A stretch of 63,379 nt of DNA, the filler included, from Octopus bimaculoides (Eukaryota), in assembly GCF_001194135.2 (NCBI RefSeq). It is 5 parts of 5 records of this genome, joined end to end, with 100 filler letters (N's around TTAATTAATTAA, not from the genome) between each part and the next. Parts side by side here need not be neighbours in the genome. Positions count along the whole stretch, not along the records: positions 24,449 to 36,658 come from NC_068992.1; positions 36,759 to 60,973 come from NC_068982.1; 3 more parts are not named here. One strand, 5' to 3'. Both the position numbers and the translations under genes were made by a program. Below the pieces are notes generated by a model that saw only the letters and a program-made list of their open reading frames with translations, made no database searches and was not told where the DNA came from. Shown piece after piece: positions 27,702 to 41,920 of the stretch (positions are counted from its first letter, which is position 1; each line of letters begins with the position of its first letter).

Positions 27702-27752
27702 CTTAACTGATGAGGCAACGGAAATTGCCGAAATTGACGAATCAGTGTTAAG
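27702..27752 (+). ncRNA. Type-I hammerhead ribozyme fold with non-canonical G at the cleavage position
   Basis: Stem I CTTAA/TTAAG; CTGATGA; stem II GGCAA-cggaaa-TTGCC; GAAA; stem III T-TGA-cgaa-TCA-G; triplet GTG at 27745-27747. Confidence 0.75.
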
Positions 27753-28269
27753 AATTCTTGAGTGGCATTTTACGGACGATTATAGTCCCTGTTAGTGTAC
27801 ATGTTCACATTCATGTGCGTTAACTACATAATTAGAGCGTTTTAGGTCTTATTTCTAGCAATGTGGGTGTTTTCTGACACCCTGGTCGCATTTAGTGATA
27901 TTTATAATTCTTTTTGGTAAAACATTGCAAACTGTTGTACAAAAATGAACAAAAAACAGAAACAAAAAGAACACTGGCGGAATAAAAAAGAACAAATTGC
28001 GTGTATTAGGTTAATTCTCAGGAAAACAGGAAAACGTCTTTAATATTTCGAGCGTGTTTTCTTCTACGGAAAAAAGATTGACGAGAAGAGAAAACATAAG
28101 GAAAAGAGCAAACGTGTCTCACTCAGACAATTGCTGTATGTATGTATGTATGTATGTATGTATGAGGGACGTGAACATATACACTAACAGGGACTATAAT
28201 CGTTCTAAAAGGTCTCTCTCTTCGAGTGAAAGGAAGATCGTATGATGCATGTGTAGGAACAGCAATACT

Positions 28270-28620
28270 ACATGGTAGTAAGATTTGGCTCCTGAATACA
28301 GAGAACGTGTGACGACTAAAAAAGAACGAAGCTGACATGCTCTGCTGGATGCGCGATGTCAGTGTACATGTGCGACAGAGCGTTAGTGTATTTAGAGAAG
28401 AGTTAAGCATAAGAGAAGTTAGATGCAGTTTGTTATGTGATGCGTATGGATGTGGACAGCTGCATAAAGCTATGTCAATCAATGAAAGTGGATGGAAATC
28501 GTGGAAGAGGGAGATTCAGGAATGTATGGGACGAAGTATTGAAGGCTGATCGCAAGAAGCTGAGATGACGAAGGACAGATATCTGGTACCTCACTCTCCT
28601 CTAGGAGACCCGTCTACCAG
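28270..28620 (+). mobile_element. RTE-like LINE 3' fragment
   Basis: KNEADMLCWMRDVSVHVRQSVSVFREELSIREVRC, followed by a frameshifted GRGRFRNVWDEVLKAD motif. Confidence 0.7.
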
Positions 28621-29079
28621 CTCAGAATTGGTATAAAAACATCTTGATAATGGCTGTCCACTACTACCTCCGTCCTCTATGATCAATCTACCTTCTTCCC
28701 CAATATTCCATCCCTAACATCCATCACTTCTCTATCACCTGAGAGAAGAGTAGGCATATACTACATTCCCCTACTTTCTCACTTGCCTGCCTCCCTTCTA
28801 CTCTGGCGAACCATTTCCCATTATCCTTCCCCCCCGCCCGCCTACTGTCTCCACCAGCCACCAACTTTCCATGCCTTCTCGCCTCTTTGTCATTCCTTGT
28901 CATTAATAGCTCGCTTACCTGCTATCACCCTCAATACCGTCACATATCTAACTGCAACCATCACCCCTGAGCCTCACCTATATTTCTTAGATTCTGTAGG
29001 AATTGTGACAGTTGTCTCCCCTCCGTTTCCTGCCTCCGTTTGGCCGTTCGTTTCTCAGAAACTGTATTTAATTGTAGTA

Positions 29080-29400
29080 TTTGGGATCCTTCTAGGATGG
29101 CTATTTATCTTTCTGGCTCTATGTTCATAGGTGTTATCATTAAGGGGACTGCTATTACTAATTTTTTTACTAACTACTTTATTGCTGTCTCTAGCGTTCT
29201 GGAATTCAGATAGTCTCCCAGTATAATGCGCCGCTATAATTTGTGCTAAGTCATCGCTTGTGGAGAAGTCTAATCTGATACTGTGTCTATTAAAGATTTT
29301 ATGGTATTTGTTCGAGTTAGGAAAATGTTTATCTATAGTGGCGAAAACTTTCCGTGAAATGTTAAAAGTTATTTGTCTACCGAATTCTGCATTATACCAA
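29080..29400 (-). mobile_element. Penelope-like element ORF fragment (RT to GIY-YIG linker)
   Basis: NISRKVFATIDKHFPNSNKYHKIFNRHSIRLDFS resembles the IDKHFP...LHKIFNRNT.K.SYS motif of PLE proteins. Confidence 0.7.
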
Positions 29401-29530
29401 AATGTATAAATGTATATGCATGTATACATGGCCCCAGTCTAATAACTAAAACAAGTAAAAGATAAAGGAGAAAAGATATTGCGTGTGTGGGCGCGCGCGT
29501 GTCTATGTGCGTATACATGAATATATGAAT

Positions 29531-29563
<33 letters not shown>

Positions 29564-30261
29564 CACTCAGTGTAAGAACATATAGCTATAATGATTATTC
29601 ACATGTTACACACACANNNNNNNNNNNNNNNNNNNNNNNNNNNNATATATATATATATATATATAAACATGTTTCTTATACCTTTATTATTATATCTATG
29701 AATGATCAAGAATACATGACAATATTGTTGACGTTTAAGAAAATACCAAGGAACTCCTGTTGCAAGAAGAACAAAGGGTAAAGTGTGTGTCAACGTAATG
29801 TTGTCAGCCAGGAAATTTTAAATATTGAAAATTATGCCCGTATTAATGATGGAAAGAGAATCTGTATGTTTATAACTAAATTCTGCCCAAGAAAGCCAAG
29901 GAAGACAATTCCAAAGGATGAAACAATAATTAAAGTTACTGAAAAAGACAAAAACTTGAAGAACAATTTTGATCACTGTTCAGCGAGAATGAGGTGGGTT
30001 TGTCCAACTTCTGTTTTGAGAAGAAACATTACCTTCAACCAAAATGGTTCAGGTAGTAGTTACCAAAGATGTTTCAAATTCAGAGAGGCGAGTATTCAAC
30101 GATTCCATTCAAAATGTCGTAAATTATCATGGGTTTAGACTTCTTTTGGTTAAAACAGCAACGTCTATATTGTGCAGCTGTGAAACATTGCCAATATGAT
30201 AAAAAAACCCCCCAGATATTATGATGCTAATTGTAACTATTGTTCACTAATTAGATTTCTG

Positions 30262-30422
30262 ATGTAGCTGTGTGTGTGGCTAAGAAGCAGCTTCCAATCA
30301 AAGATCCCTAAGGTCTTGGATTCAGTTCCACTGTATTGCGTTTTGGGTATGTGTCTTGTACTATTGTTCTGGGAAGTCTTGCGAGCTGATTGGTAAATAG
30401 AAACTAAAAGGAGACCGTCGTG
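30262..30422 (+). mobile_element. SINE family A 5' half (decayed tRNA-like head)
   Basis: GCTGTGTGTGGCTAAGAAGC...GGATTCAGTTCCACTG...AGACCGTCG parallels the head at 4400-4525. Confidence 0.6.
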
Positions 30423-31974
30423 TGTATGTATGTATATGTATATATATATATATATATAAGAATTAAGATATAAACTCAAATTAGGCAATCATACTCATAC
30501 ATTTATAAAATCGACTTTAAATGCGCATACGTATATGAATACTTATCGACACATAGGAATATTTAAAAAAATATAAAATATAAGTATATATATAAATATA
30601 CATAAAAATACATGTAAATAAAACCCATGTGGGATACGTATGGAAGGAAGTTATATATATATAACTATGAGTGCTTTTATGTAGCACATGTCTGTACGAG
30701 AGGTCAGGTTACCTTTATATATATNNNNNNNNNNNNNNNNNNNNNNNNNNNNNNNNNNNNNNNNNNNNNNNNNNNNNNNNNNNNNNNNNNNNNNNNNNNN
30801 NNNNNNNNNNNNNNNNNNNNNNNNNNNNNNNNNNNNNNNNNNNNNNNNNNNNNNNNNNNNNNNNNNNNNNNNNNNNNNNNNNNNNNNNNNNNNNNNNNNN
30901 NNNNNNNNNNNNNNNNNNNNNNNNNNNNNNNNNNNNNNNNNNNNNNNNNNNNNNNNNNNNNNNNNNNNNNNNNNNNNNNNNNNNNNNNNNNNNNNNNNNN
31001 NNNNNNNNNNNNNNNNNNNNNNNNNNNNNNNNNNNNNNNNNNNNNNNNNNNNNNNNNNNNNNNNNNNNNNNNNNNNNNNNNNNNNNNNNNNNNNNNNNNN
31101 NNNNNNNNNNNNNNNNNNNNNNTATATATATATATATATATGTAGTGAGGAAAGACCTTTCACTACATATGAGTTTTCTGCAGGATGACTCAAATTAATA
31201 GGTATGCGTTCTTAGTACTTAAATAATTAAGCCACTAAAATCCCGGTTAGAACGACGGTTGAAGTTATAGCTGTGTGATTGTCTTGTTCAAAAAACAGCT
31301 AATGGTAGCTTCCCTTTGAGTCAGTAGGTATAGGCTAAAGTAGTGAGAAAAAGCCTTTCTTCACTACTTTAGCATATATATATATATATATAGGTATATA
31401 ATACACATATACACACATACATTTGGACGGTTTGACAGGTGCTGGTAAGCCAAAGGACTGCACTAATCTCCACTGTCTGTTTTGGCATGGTTTTTTTTTT
31501 TACAGTTGGATGCCCTTCCTACTGTCAACATATATACACATATATATATGCATATACATGCGTGTATACGAGTGCTTCTGAGTATCCTTGTCGAGACATC
31601 ATGTGATGGCTGTAAATGAGCATCATTGTCATACCAGCGAGGTTGTTCACTTCTCGACTTCTATGGTGAACATGTTCTGCTATGGGGAAATATTACTTTG
31701 GTTGGAAGCAAGTGTGAGTTGTCGACGGGAAGGGCATCCAACCGGAAATAAATCAAATTCCAGGTCATCAAAATATGGAAAAGTGGGCATTAAAAAGACA
31801 AAGACGATGACAGTGAGGATGATGATAATGATGATGACAGTCCTGTTTATCAAATATGTCAACGCTAAATTAACTATTGGTTTTCGTGCTGAAGGTGTTC
31901 CTGAGAAAATAACTAATTAAAATTTTTTTTAGAATATTATAAATGATTTATGATATTAAATGTTGATTTGCAAT

Positions 31975-32163
31975 TTTGATACAAGGCCAGCAATTTGGGT
32001 AAGTCGATTACATCGACACTTCTGCTTAACTGGTGTTTATTTTATCGATCGCGAAAGGATGAAAGGCAAAGTCGAGCTCGGCAGAATTTGAGCTCAGAAC
32101 ATAAAGGCGGACCACTGCTAAGCATTTTGCATGGCGTGCTAACGATTCAGCCAGCTTGCCGTC
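31975..32163 (-). mobile_element. tRNA-derived SINE (family B)
   Basis: Same body as 18447-18638; minus strand starts GACGGCAAGCTGGCTGAATCGTTAGCACGCC. Confidence 0.85.
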
Positions 32164-33250
32164 TTAATCGTCTTTAAAATATCGGCTGACTATGAAGGAG
32201 TGATGCTAGACCTGTGAAATCTTGCATGGATTAATTTCACCGATTCTTATTAATAAATGTATTGTTATGTGCATGAATGAGTATGGATTTTCAGAGAGTT
32301 CGATGGTTTGTAAACAATGTGAGCCTCTTTCTGTCCTTGGTTCAAATCTTGACTGAGTCTTTGCGTCGTCTATCTCAGCATTTCACCTAATTCTATGCTT
32401 CATACTTCGTTGAGAATCCTTAAAAAAATTTTACCCGAGGTAGACTAGCAGCCTCTCCAAGTATACATTTATGTTACTACTACTACTAATAATAATAATG
32501 ATAATAACAATACTCCTGCTGCTACTACTACTACTACTACTACATTACTGGTACAATATATTATCGGTGGAAACGATATCACGTTGATAGAAACACTACG
32601 ATGTGGTGGTATAAGCATTATAATATTAAGCGATCAATGTTGTATTACTAGAATAAGCGTTATGATATCAACTGTAAAGTTTATACCAGTGTCCACAAAA
32701 CGTACACATAAGTCAGACATAAAGACAGTTATCGACCAAAAATACTCTTACTCAGTTTCGTGCCTTTAACGATAAGACTGGGGACTTCGTACATCAGCGG
32801 CACCTTCAAAATTTGCGTAGAGTTAGGGAACGAGCGAACAAAACAATTCAAGGTGGACGTACAAAAGTAAACAAATGTAATTTGAAACGATAGACGACGA
32901 CAATAAATAAAGCCTTTTGGTCAAATACGAGAATGATGGATTAACGTCTGGAAGAAATCCTCGGATGGATATGAAAACAGTATTAGTGAGAGAGGAGAGA
33001 AAGTTGACTTGCTCACTAGGCATCCAGTGGCGAAAATGCAGAAAATAGAAAATCAGTCAAGGGGCAGCAGATAGAAGGGAAAGAGGATGAGAGAGAGGGA
33101 GAGCGAGAGAGCGGCAGAGAACTGAGGAGGGAAGGGACAAAGTCTACAATTAAGTGTGAAAAGACGAGCGAAAGGGAGAAAGGAAGTAGGGATGTTAGAA
33201 AAGGAATATGACTATGAGGTGACAGGGGAGCTAACTTCCCCAAAGCCCAC

Positions 33251-33310
33251 GTAATAATCACTGCAGAATTGTAGTTTCGCTTGAAATTAAAGCTCATCAG
33301 GGATGACTAC
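33251..33310 (-). ncRNA. Type-I hammerhead ribozyme fold with apparent 2-nt loss at the cleavage site
   Basis: Minus strand GTAGTCATCC-CTGATGA-GCTT-taatttc-AAGC-GAAA-CTACA-attc-TGCAG-T-GATTATTAC; core and stem II are perfect, stem III has one mismatch. Confidence 0.7.
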
Positions 33311-34176
33311 TCCGTTGCTAAATGGTCGGGTCAAATCATGACTGCAAGAATATAGTATTTACCATATGAGCCAATGGATAATTCAGCAAAATGGTAATTT
33401 GAAAATTATAAAATAACGAAGGAAGCTATAAGTAATATAAAACCAGAAAAGAACTCAACTGCCACGAATTGTGACTGGCATATATANNNNNNNNNNNNNN
33501 NNNNNNNNNNNNNNNNNNNNNNNNNNNNNNNNNNNNNNNNNNNNNNNNNNNNNNNNNNNNNNNNNNNNNNNNNNNNNNNNNNNNNNNNNNNNNNNNNNNN
33601 NNNNNNNNNNNNNNNNNNNNNNNNNNNNNNNNNNNNNNNNNNNNNNNNNNNNNNNNNNNNNNNNNNNNNNNNNNNNNNNNNNNNNNNNNNNNNNNNNNNN
33701 NNNNNNNNNNNNNNNNNNNNNNNNNNNNNNNNNNNNNNNNNNNNNNNNNNNNNNNNNNNNNNNNNNNNNNNNNNNNNNNNNNNNNNNNNNNNNNNNNNNN
33801 NNNNNNNNNNNNNNNNNNNNNNNNNNNNNNNNNNNNNNNNNNNNNNNNNNNNNNNNNNNNNNNNNNNNNNNNNNNNNNNNNNNNNNNNNNNNNNNNNNNN
33901 NNNNNNNNNNNNNNNNNNNNNNNNNNNNNNNNNNNNNNNNNNNNNNNNNNNNNNNNNNNNNNNNNNNNNNNNNNNNNNNNNNNNNNNNNNNNNNNNNNNN
34001 NNNNNNNNNNNNNNNNNNNNNNNNNNNNNNNNNNNNNNNNNNNNNNNNNNNNNNNNNNNNNNNNNNNNNNNNNNNNNNNNNNNNNNNNNNNNNNNNNNNN
34101 NNNNNNNNNNNNNNNNNNNNNNNNNNNNNNNNNNNNNNNNNNNNNNNNNNNNNNNNNNNNNNNNNNNNNNNNNNNN

Positions 34177-34208
<32 letters not shown>

Positions 34209-35134
34209 AAATTTGTTTTGACAACTGTTGCTTTGTTCAATAAAATAAGAAACAGGCTTTAAAAGAATAAATACCAGGACTGATTTATTCGACTAAAAAC
34301 CATTTAAGGTGGTGCCCCAGCATGACCGCGGATCAATGCCCGAAACAAGTAAACAATAAAAGATAGTATTGGTTCTCTTGGTACTGGCAAGGCAATGTCC
34401 AGATCAGTTTGACCTCTTGGTGGAAATATTGGCCAGCGCTTATCGAAAAGATAAATGCATTTGAAGACGTAGACTGTGTGAAGTGGGAAAGAAGAAATTT
34501 ATGAAAAAGAATAATGCTTTGTAAAAGGTAGGAAAGATGCTTTACGGCGCTTTTCTGGCTTTGTCTTTCATCCCTGGCGTGGCCGATCATATGGTCTAAC
34601 TCTTCCTACTAAAATTGCTGGCCTTGTGTTTAAATAAGAAACAGGGTATACAAAAATAAGAAACATTACGTAAAGCCCGACAAACTTTCCAACAGAAGAT
34701 GAATAATCAACACTAGGCAAAACTATGACCGTAATTGTTGACAAAACAGTGAGGCATTAACTACAGACAGTCTCTTAATAGCTGCTTAACTTTATTAGCG
34801 TCAAACCAAGGGTGTGTAAAATGTAGGCCTCTTCTTTTTTATGACGCTCCTGTATTTGTTTTTAGAATATGGTAAGCATTCTTTTACGCATGGTGAGAAA
34901 AGAATTGTTAATTTGTCAATAAGCATGTCGTTTAGCGTCCATGTCTCGAATGTTAGCTCAACAAAATTCGATGCTTTGATGAAAAATTAAGCTCCATGGC
35001 ACCGTGCACTCTATACTATTAATATGTACGTATGCATGTGTGTATGCATTTATGCGTAAGAGTATACGTGAATGCAGGACTGTGTGTATACGACATAACT
35101 GTGTAATCATACACATGCGCGGTCACACCTACTC

Positions 35135-35179
<45 letters not shown>

Positions 35180-35317
35180 AACACGCACATATGTATATGT
35201 GTATATATATGTATGCATGTGTGTGTAAATGGATATACATTTATATATTGAGATATATAGATACATACATTTATGCATTCATATATGTATATTTATGTAT
35301 GTATGTGCATATACATG

Positions 35318-35365
<48 letters not shown>

Positions 35366-35960
35366 GGTGTATACATACACTCACATATACTAATGATATT
35401 ATATATATGCCGCATCACTGAAATTTTGATAACTTTTTGTAAAGTTGAAAAAAACTGAATATAAACTGAAAAAAATCCAACACAAATTCATGATTATACG
35501 ACGAATTAGCACAACCATATTTCAACATTTTCAATCAATGAACTACCATATATCCCCCAATTATTGGTATATTGCACAAATGTCCTAATCGATGTAAATT
35601 CTTCAAATATTCCTGTCAATAGATTCCAAATGTTTAAAATGTCTGTTTTATATTTGCAGGAATTTGTAACAATCATGCCTTTCTCAAGAATAGTAATGAT
35701 ATTTGGATAGAATTTTTTGGCATATGATTTGTCTTAGGCTACTAGAAGCAGTTATCTCTTCACTAATTCCAAAGGAAATTGATTCTAGCCACTTATTCTC
35801 TGTATTTAGTTTTCTTAAACATTTTTGAAATATATACATATTGAAAAAAATTAATTGGTCTTGTATTATCATTCCTAGTTTGTCACTATACTAGTTTTTG
35901 CATAGAGAAACAGATACATACATACATACTTACGTATGTATATATGTGTGTATGTATGTA

Positions 35961-36007
<47 letters not shown>

Positions 36008-36069
36008 CTATAAGCTATATGTAAATGTTTGATACATGCGCATCTGCATATATATGCGCGCGCGCGCGT

Positions 36070-36225
36070 CTTTTATCTGTTCCTTGTTTCGGTGATTAGA
36101 CTACGGCCATGTTAGAGCACCGCCATGAAGAAGATTTAGTCGATTACTTATCGTTTTTTAAGCCTGGTACTTTATTATAAGGACATAAACACACTAACAC
36201 CGGTTGTCAAGTGGTGGTGGTGCCT
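36070..36225 (-). mobile_element. SINE family A 3' fragment, decayed
   Basis: GGCCATGTTAGAGCACCGCC...AAGCCTGGTACTT...CGGTTGTCAAG similarity to 4160-4330. Confidence 0.6.
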
Positions 36226-36774
36226 AGAACCAATTACTAGCCTGATAGCCTTGGTTATGTCAAGATGGATTTTTATGTATTCTTCTTCTCACTTGGATTT
36301 GAAATGTTGCCACAATTATAATATGTCTATTCTACTGTAATTTTCTGCATTTTCGTGCAGCTGAAGATTGCTCTACATATTGCATTTAATGTAATGCTCG
36401 CATTACTTAAATAAACGGAGTAGCATGAAACGTGCGTACTGCAATCATCTCTAAAATCCGTGTTGCTTATTTTGATTTTTTGATCACCTCGTTTTTGGAA
36501 TGGTTTTTGTATAATACCATACCATACTATATTCTGGTGCCTAAACATAAGTACCATATTCAATTTTGAATCTAAATCTAAACCTTTTATGTAAATATAT
36601 ATGTATATATATGCATATATATATGTATACGTATGTATGTATGTATATATATATACATNNNNNNNNNNNNNNNNNNNNNNNNNNNNNNNNNNNNNNNNNN
36701 NNTTAATTAATTAANNNNNNNNNNNNNNNNNNNNNNNNNNNNNNNNNNNNNNNNNNNNGTGTGTGTGTGTGTGT

Positions 36775-36990
36775 GTATGTGTGTGTGTGTGTGTGTGTGC
36801 GTGTCTCCCAACTATCGCTTGACAACTGATGCTGGTGTGTTTACGTCCCCGTAACATAGCGGTTCGGCAAAAAGAGACCGATATAATAAGTACTAGGCTT
36901 ACAAAGAATAACTCCTGGGGTCTATTTTCTCGACTGAAGGCGGTGCTCCAACATGGCCGCCGTCAGATGACTGAAACAAGTAAAAGAGAG
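36775..36990 (+). mobile_element. SINE family A 3' half
   Basis: Near-identical to 11074-11275. Confidence 0.85.
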
Positions 36991-37749
36991 AAAAAGAGAG
37001 ATACACATATACGAATGTATGTATATGTGTGAGTGTGTATATTTTTCTACATATCCGAATCCACTTGTTCTGAGTTTCTCTGCTCTCCAATACTGTTCTC
37101 AATCAACATTATAGTAAACAATAGTCCAACGACTTTCCTGTCCAAGTATTCAACGCGCCTAATAAGTATAACATGTGCGTTATCTGCTCGACTAGTAATT
37201 GTGTGTGAATGCCAGTGAGTATGATGGCCATTCGTCCTTTTCCCCCTTAATAATTCCATAAAGAGTTCGCATGCAATTACTTCTCCATTATATATAATTG
37301 ACAAAATTTTAACTAAGTAGTAAAGTTTATTCAATTCCCGTCATAAAATAGTTTCATATTCTATATGGAAAGTGACAGTCTTACTGTATTTTCTACAGTC
37401 ACCAGAGGCATCGTAGGTGTAACTGTCATAATTTAGTTTCAGAAATCAAATAAGATCCATAGACGTTTCTTTCAAAATTTAGCCCATTAACTGCCAATTC
37501 TTTTTATTCATATTTCTTGGCTTTGGCTGGTGTCTTAGGAGTTAAGATAATATATATTATTTAAATTTTCTTCCTATGTGAATTACTTTGGAAATTATGT
37601 TAAATTTTTCGAAAAGCTCCAAATAGTGATCGTTGAATAAAAGCATAATTATCCCCATCTATTCGATTGCAATAATAAACATGTTAGTTTTCTTTAAAAC
37701 TATAGTATCAAACGCGAATGTGTATGAAATATCAATGAATGATATAGAA

Positions 37750-38128
37750 GGTGGAGGCGCAATGGCCCAGTGCAGCGGACTCGCGGTCGTAGGATCGCGG
37801 TTTCAATTCCCAGACCGGGCATTGTGAGTGTTTATTGAGCGAAAACACCTAAAGCTCCACGAGGATCTGGCAGGGGATGGTGGCGAACCCTGCTGTACTC
37901 TTTCATCACAACTTTCTCACACTCTTACTTCCTGTTTCTGTTGTTCCTGTAATTCAAAGGGTCAGCCTTGTCACACTGTGTCACGCTGAATATCCCCTGA
38001 GAATTACGTTAAAGGTACACGTGTCTGTGGAGTGCTCAGCCACTTGCACATTAATTTCACGAGCAGGCTGTTCCGTCGATAGGATCAACTGGAACCCTCG
38101 ACGTCGTAAGCAACGCAGTGCCAACATG
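37750..38128 (+). mobile_element. tRNA-headed SINE (family C, about 380 bp)
   Basis: Head GGAGGCGCAATGGCCCAGTG...GGTTTCAATTCCCAGACC (A/B-box-like), GC-richer body in AT-rich context, and tail CAGTGCCAACA. A relationship to cephalopod SINE families is inference. Confidence 0.65.
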
Positions 38129-40036
38129 ATATAGAAGGGAAATGCCAAAAAGTACAAACACAAAAAAACGTTTTGAAACAGTTGATATTTTTGTATTTCA
38201 AAAATTGTGATTTATAGTATGAAATGTCCTCTAGAATTAGCCAGATGTAATAATGACTAACTTCATCTACTAAATATTGTTAAAGACACTTCTGCAAATG
38301 CAATGTACATAAGCAATTCCCTTTAAATACAACGAACAACCGGCAGTGAGACTGTTTTTAGCAGATCCCCAAATGGGGTTCATGGTAGGCAATGCAATTA
38401 TGATGCGTAAAAATATGAATTGTAAAATAAAAGATAGAATAGCATTGGAAATAAAATTTAAACGGAATAATTCATTGAAATTCATTACAATACCAATAGT
38501 TACTTTGTCTGCGTATGTAAAATGCAAAATAGTCAAGAGGAAACGCTGGACAAGCATAGATGAATGCACAAAATATATATTATTTTTTTGGTTTCAATAT
38601 GTAAAAATGACTGCAAAGCTTATAGCAAGAGAAAATGTGTTGTCATGTAAGCTGGGCGAATGAAAAATAAATCAGTACCTTCAACCGTGAAGTGAAACCC
38701 TATCAATAACATTGATTATTTGAGTAGTAATTAAAAAAAAAATAATAATAAAACAGTATAAAGCATTTCGATCGCCAAAATATTCCCGGCCATAACATCT
38801 ACGTTTGTGATAAGTAAAGGGAAACGTGCTGAAGTGTTTGAAAGAAAATTACAGCTGAAAACGGGGAAAATAAAATATGGAATCATTTATTTTCTTCATA
38901 AAGTATTTCATGGTCTAAGCTCTTTCTTTTATATATCTGTATTTGATACGTACATAATGTAAAAGATTGTATCTGCATTTTTTTCAAGTGATTTTCATCT
39001 GTAAGACTGTAATATTTATTAAATTGCTAGCATGTTCTCTTGCTTCTTAAAACGAAATAATATGCAACACAACATTAAATCTTCAAAGAGGTATTTTAGA
39101 CACACAAATGCATACGCATAAAGGCACACACACCCACACATATACACACCCACACACACATATGGATAAACATATACCTATATATAAATGTATATGCACA
39201 AACAAATTTAGACGTATATAAAACATATAGACATATACATATATATATATATATATATAAGTACACATATGCATATACACGAACATATGAACATGCAAAT
39301 GCATACATGCACGTATACATATACGTGTGTGTGTATGTATTTACGTACGTATGTATTGTTCTGTTAGTTGTTTTACTGACTGCGTTTGTGTGTGTGTGTG
39401 TGTGTGTACTAAATTACTATATGGGAACTATAAGAAAAATGACANNNNNNNNNNNNNNNNNNNNNNNNNNNNNNNNNNNNNNNNNNNNNNNNNNNNNNNN
39501 NNNNNNNNNNNNNNNNNNNNNNNNNNNNNNNNNNNNNNNNNNNNNNNNNNNNNNNNNNNNNNNNNNNNNNNNNNNNNNNNNNNNNNNNNNNNNNNNNNNN
39601 NNNNNNNNNNNNNNNNNNNNNNNNNNNNNNNNNNNNNNNNNNNNNNNNNNNNNNNNNNNNNNNNNNNNNNNNNNNNNNNNNNNNNNNNNNNNNNNNNNNN
39701 NNNNNNNNNNNNNNNNNNNNNNNNNNNNNNNNNNNNNNNNNNNNNNNNNNNNNNNNNNNNNNNNNNNNNNNNNNNNNNNNNNNNNNNNNNNNNNNNNNNN
39801 NNNNNNNNNNNNNNNNNNNNNNNNNNNNNNNNNNNNNNNNNNNNNNNNNNNNNNNNNNNNNNNNNNNNNNNNNNNNNNNNNNNNNNNNNNNNNNNNNNNN
39901 NNNNNNNNNNNNNNNNNNNNNNNNNNNNNNNNNNNNNNNNNNNNNNNNNNNNNNNNNNNNNNNNNNNNNNNNNNNNNNNNNNNNNNNNNNNTATATATAT
40001 AAATAAATAGAGAGATAGGTAGATAGTAGATATGTA

Positions 40037-40807
40037 CATGGTGCGATGGTTAAAATGTCTCCCTTTTATATTTTAATTTCACTCATGCGTATTTTTTTTC
40101 GTTTTGATCTTGTTGGGTACATACTATAGTAGGGTCTGTTGGGCACCGTCTATAAGAAAAAGGGCATCGACGCAATTCACTCTGCCAGAAATTTCGAAGC
40201 TCCAATACGAAAATTTAAGAGTGTTTGGATGCTAATCTGAGGACAGTGCAATTTGATGATATGTAACGAGTGTGATAAAAGTCAAACATCCAGACAACAT
40301 CATAGTTTTTGGAGTGATTACTAGCGATGGTGAGGTCAACATCAAGTGCCTGGAGTAGATATTGCTGCCTTGAATCAAGACGGTTGCTGCTGGAAGACCA
40401 TATGTCTGGCAACAGAACTTTGCACCATGCCAATAGGAGAACTCAGTAATGGCTGTCAGACAATCTCTGTGACCACATCACCCCTAACATCTGACCACCT
40501 AACTCCCCAGACTGCAACCCCCTTGATTATTATGTATGTGGTGCAGTTGAGCCTGAGGCCAACAAAACTCCTTGTAACACCAAAGATGAACTGAAGGCAA
40601 GGATTATGTCACCGTTCACCACCTTAAACAAGAAGACCGCCCAGAAGAGTTGCAGGTGATTCCGAGGTTGTCTGAAGACCGAGGTGGAAGCCAATGGCAA
40701 TTTTATTGAATAAATTTTCTGTTTAGTATTTCAAGATATTTTATGTAATTAGGGTAGATATATCTGTTAAAATGAGATGCCAGTGTTATTTTCCTTTTTG
40801 CACCCTG
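40037..40807 (+). mobile_element. Internally deleted Tc1/mariner element of maT/DD37D type
   Basis: Ends CATGGTGCG and GCACCCTG; encodes VFGVITSDG, RPYVWQQNFAPC, PPNSPDCNPLDYYVCG and EANGNFIE* with stops. Confidence 0.8.
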
Positions 40808-41401
40808 AATATATATATATGTATCGTTACCCAAATATATTCAATAAAATCAACTGAATTTTTTAATAAGTGCTCTTGGTTGGGAAATGTCTAAAACATT
40901 AAAGTATTTAGACATTTAATAAGAGCGATTATATATTATATTATAAAATAAGTGCAGGAAAATTTATATATTATTTGTATGATATATATATCATTTATAC
41001 TATGATTTGATTGAACGTCACGCATCCACTTCCAAGTAAGTTTTATATTAATATATTTGATGCGACTCTTCCCTTTACTGTTCCCTTTCACTCACTCTCT
41101 CCCCCTTTCGTTTTCTCACTCATCATTTCTCTCTAATTCTTTTTCTCCCCTTCACCGTTTTCTATCTGTCTCTCTCTCCCTCCCTCTTCCTCCTTCACTC
41201 TATCTCTCGTTGCTCACACGTGATCATCGTCCATCTTTTCTTTCCTCAGGTGATTCTCTTTCTTTTCCTTGTCTGTTGTGCAGTCTAGATACATTCCTAT
41301 CTGTCTCCTTTCGTATCTTTTCTCTTATCAAAAATCTTCTTCCAGCGTTCGCTACCTTACCTCGTCTGAGACTAATAGCTCTCTCTGTTTGTATTCGTTT
41401 G

Positions 41402-41920
<519 letters not shown>

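Noticed and set aside
38270-38569. Minus-strand ORF resembling an ionotropic-receptor N-terminus (DKVTIGIVM...CSLYLKG)
   Set aside because: The similarity is limited to a few residues, the hydrophobicity reflects antisense of A-rich DNA, and there are no convincing splice sites.
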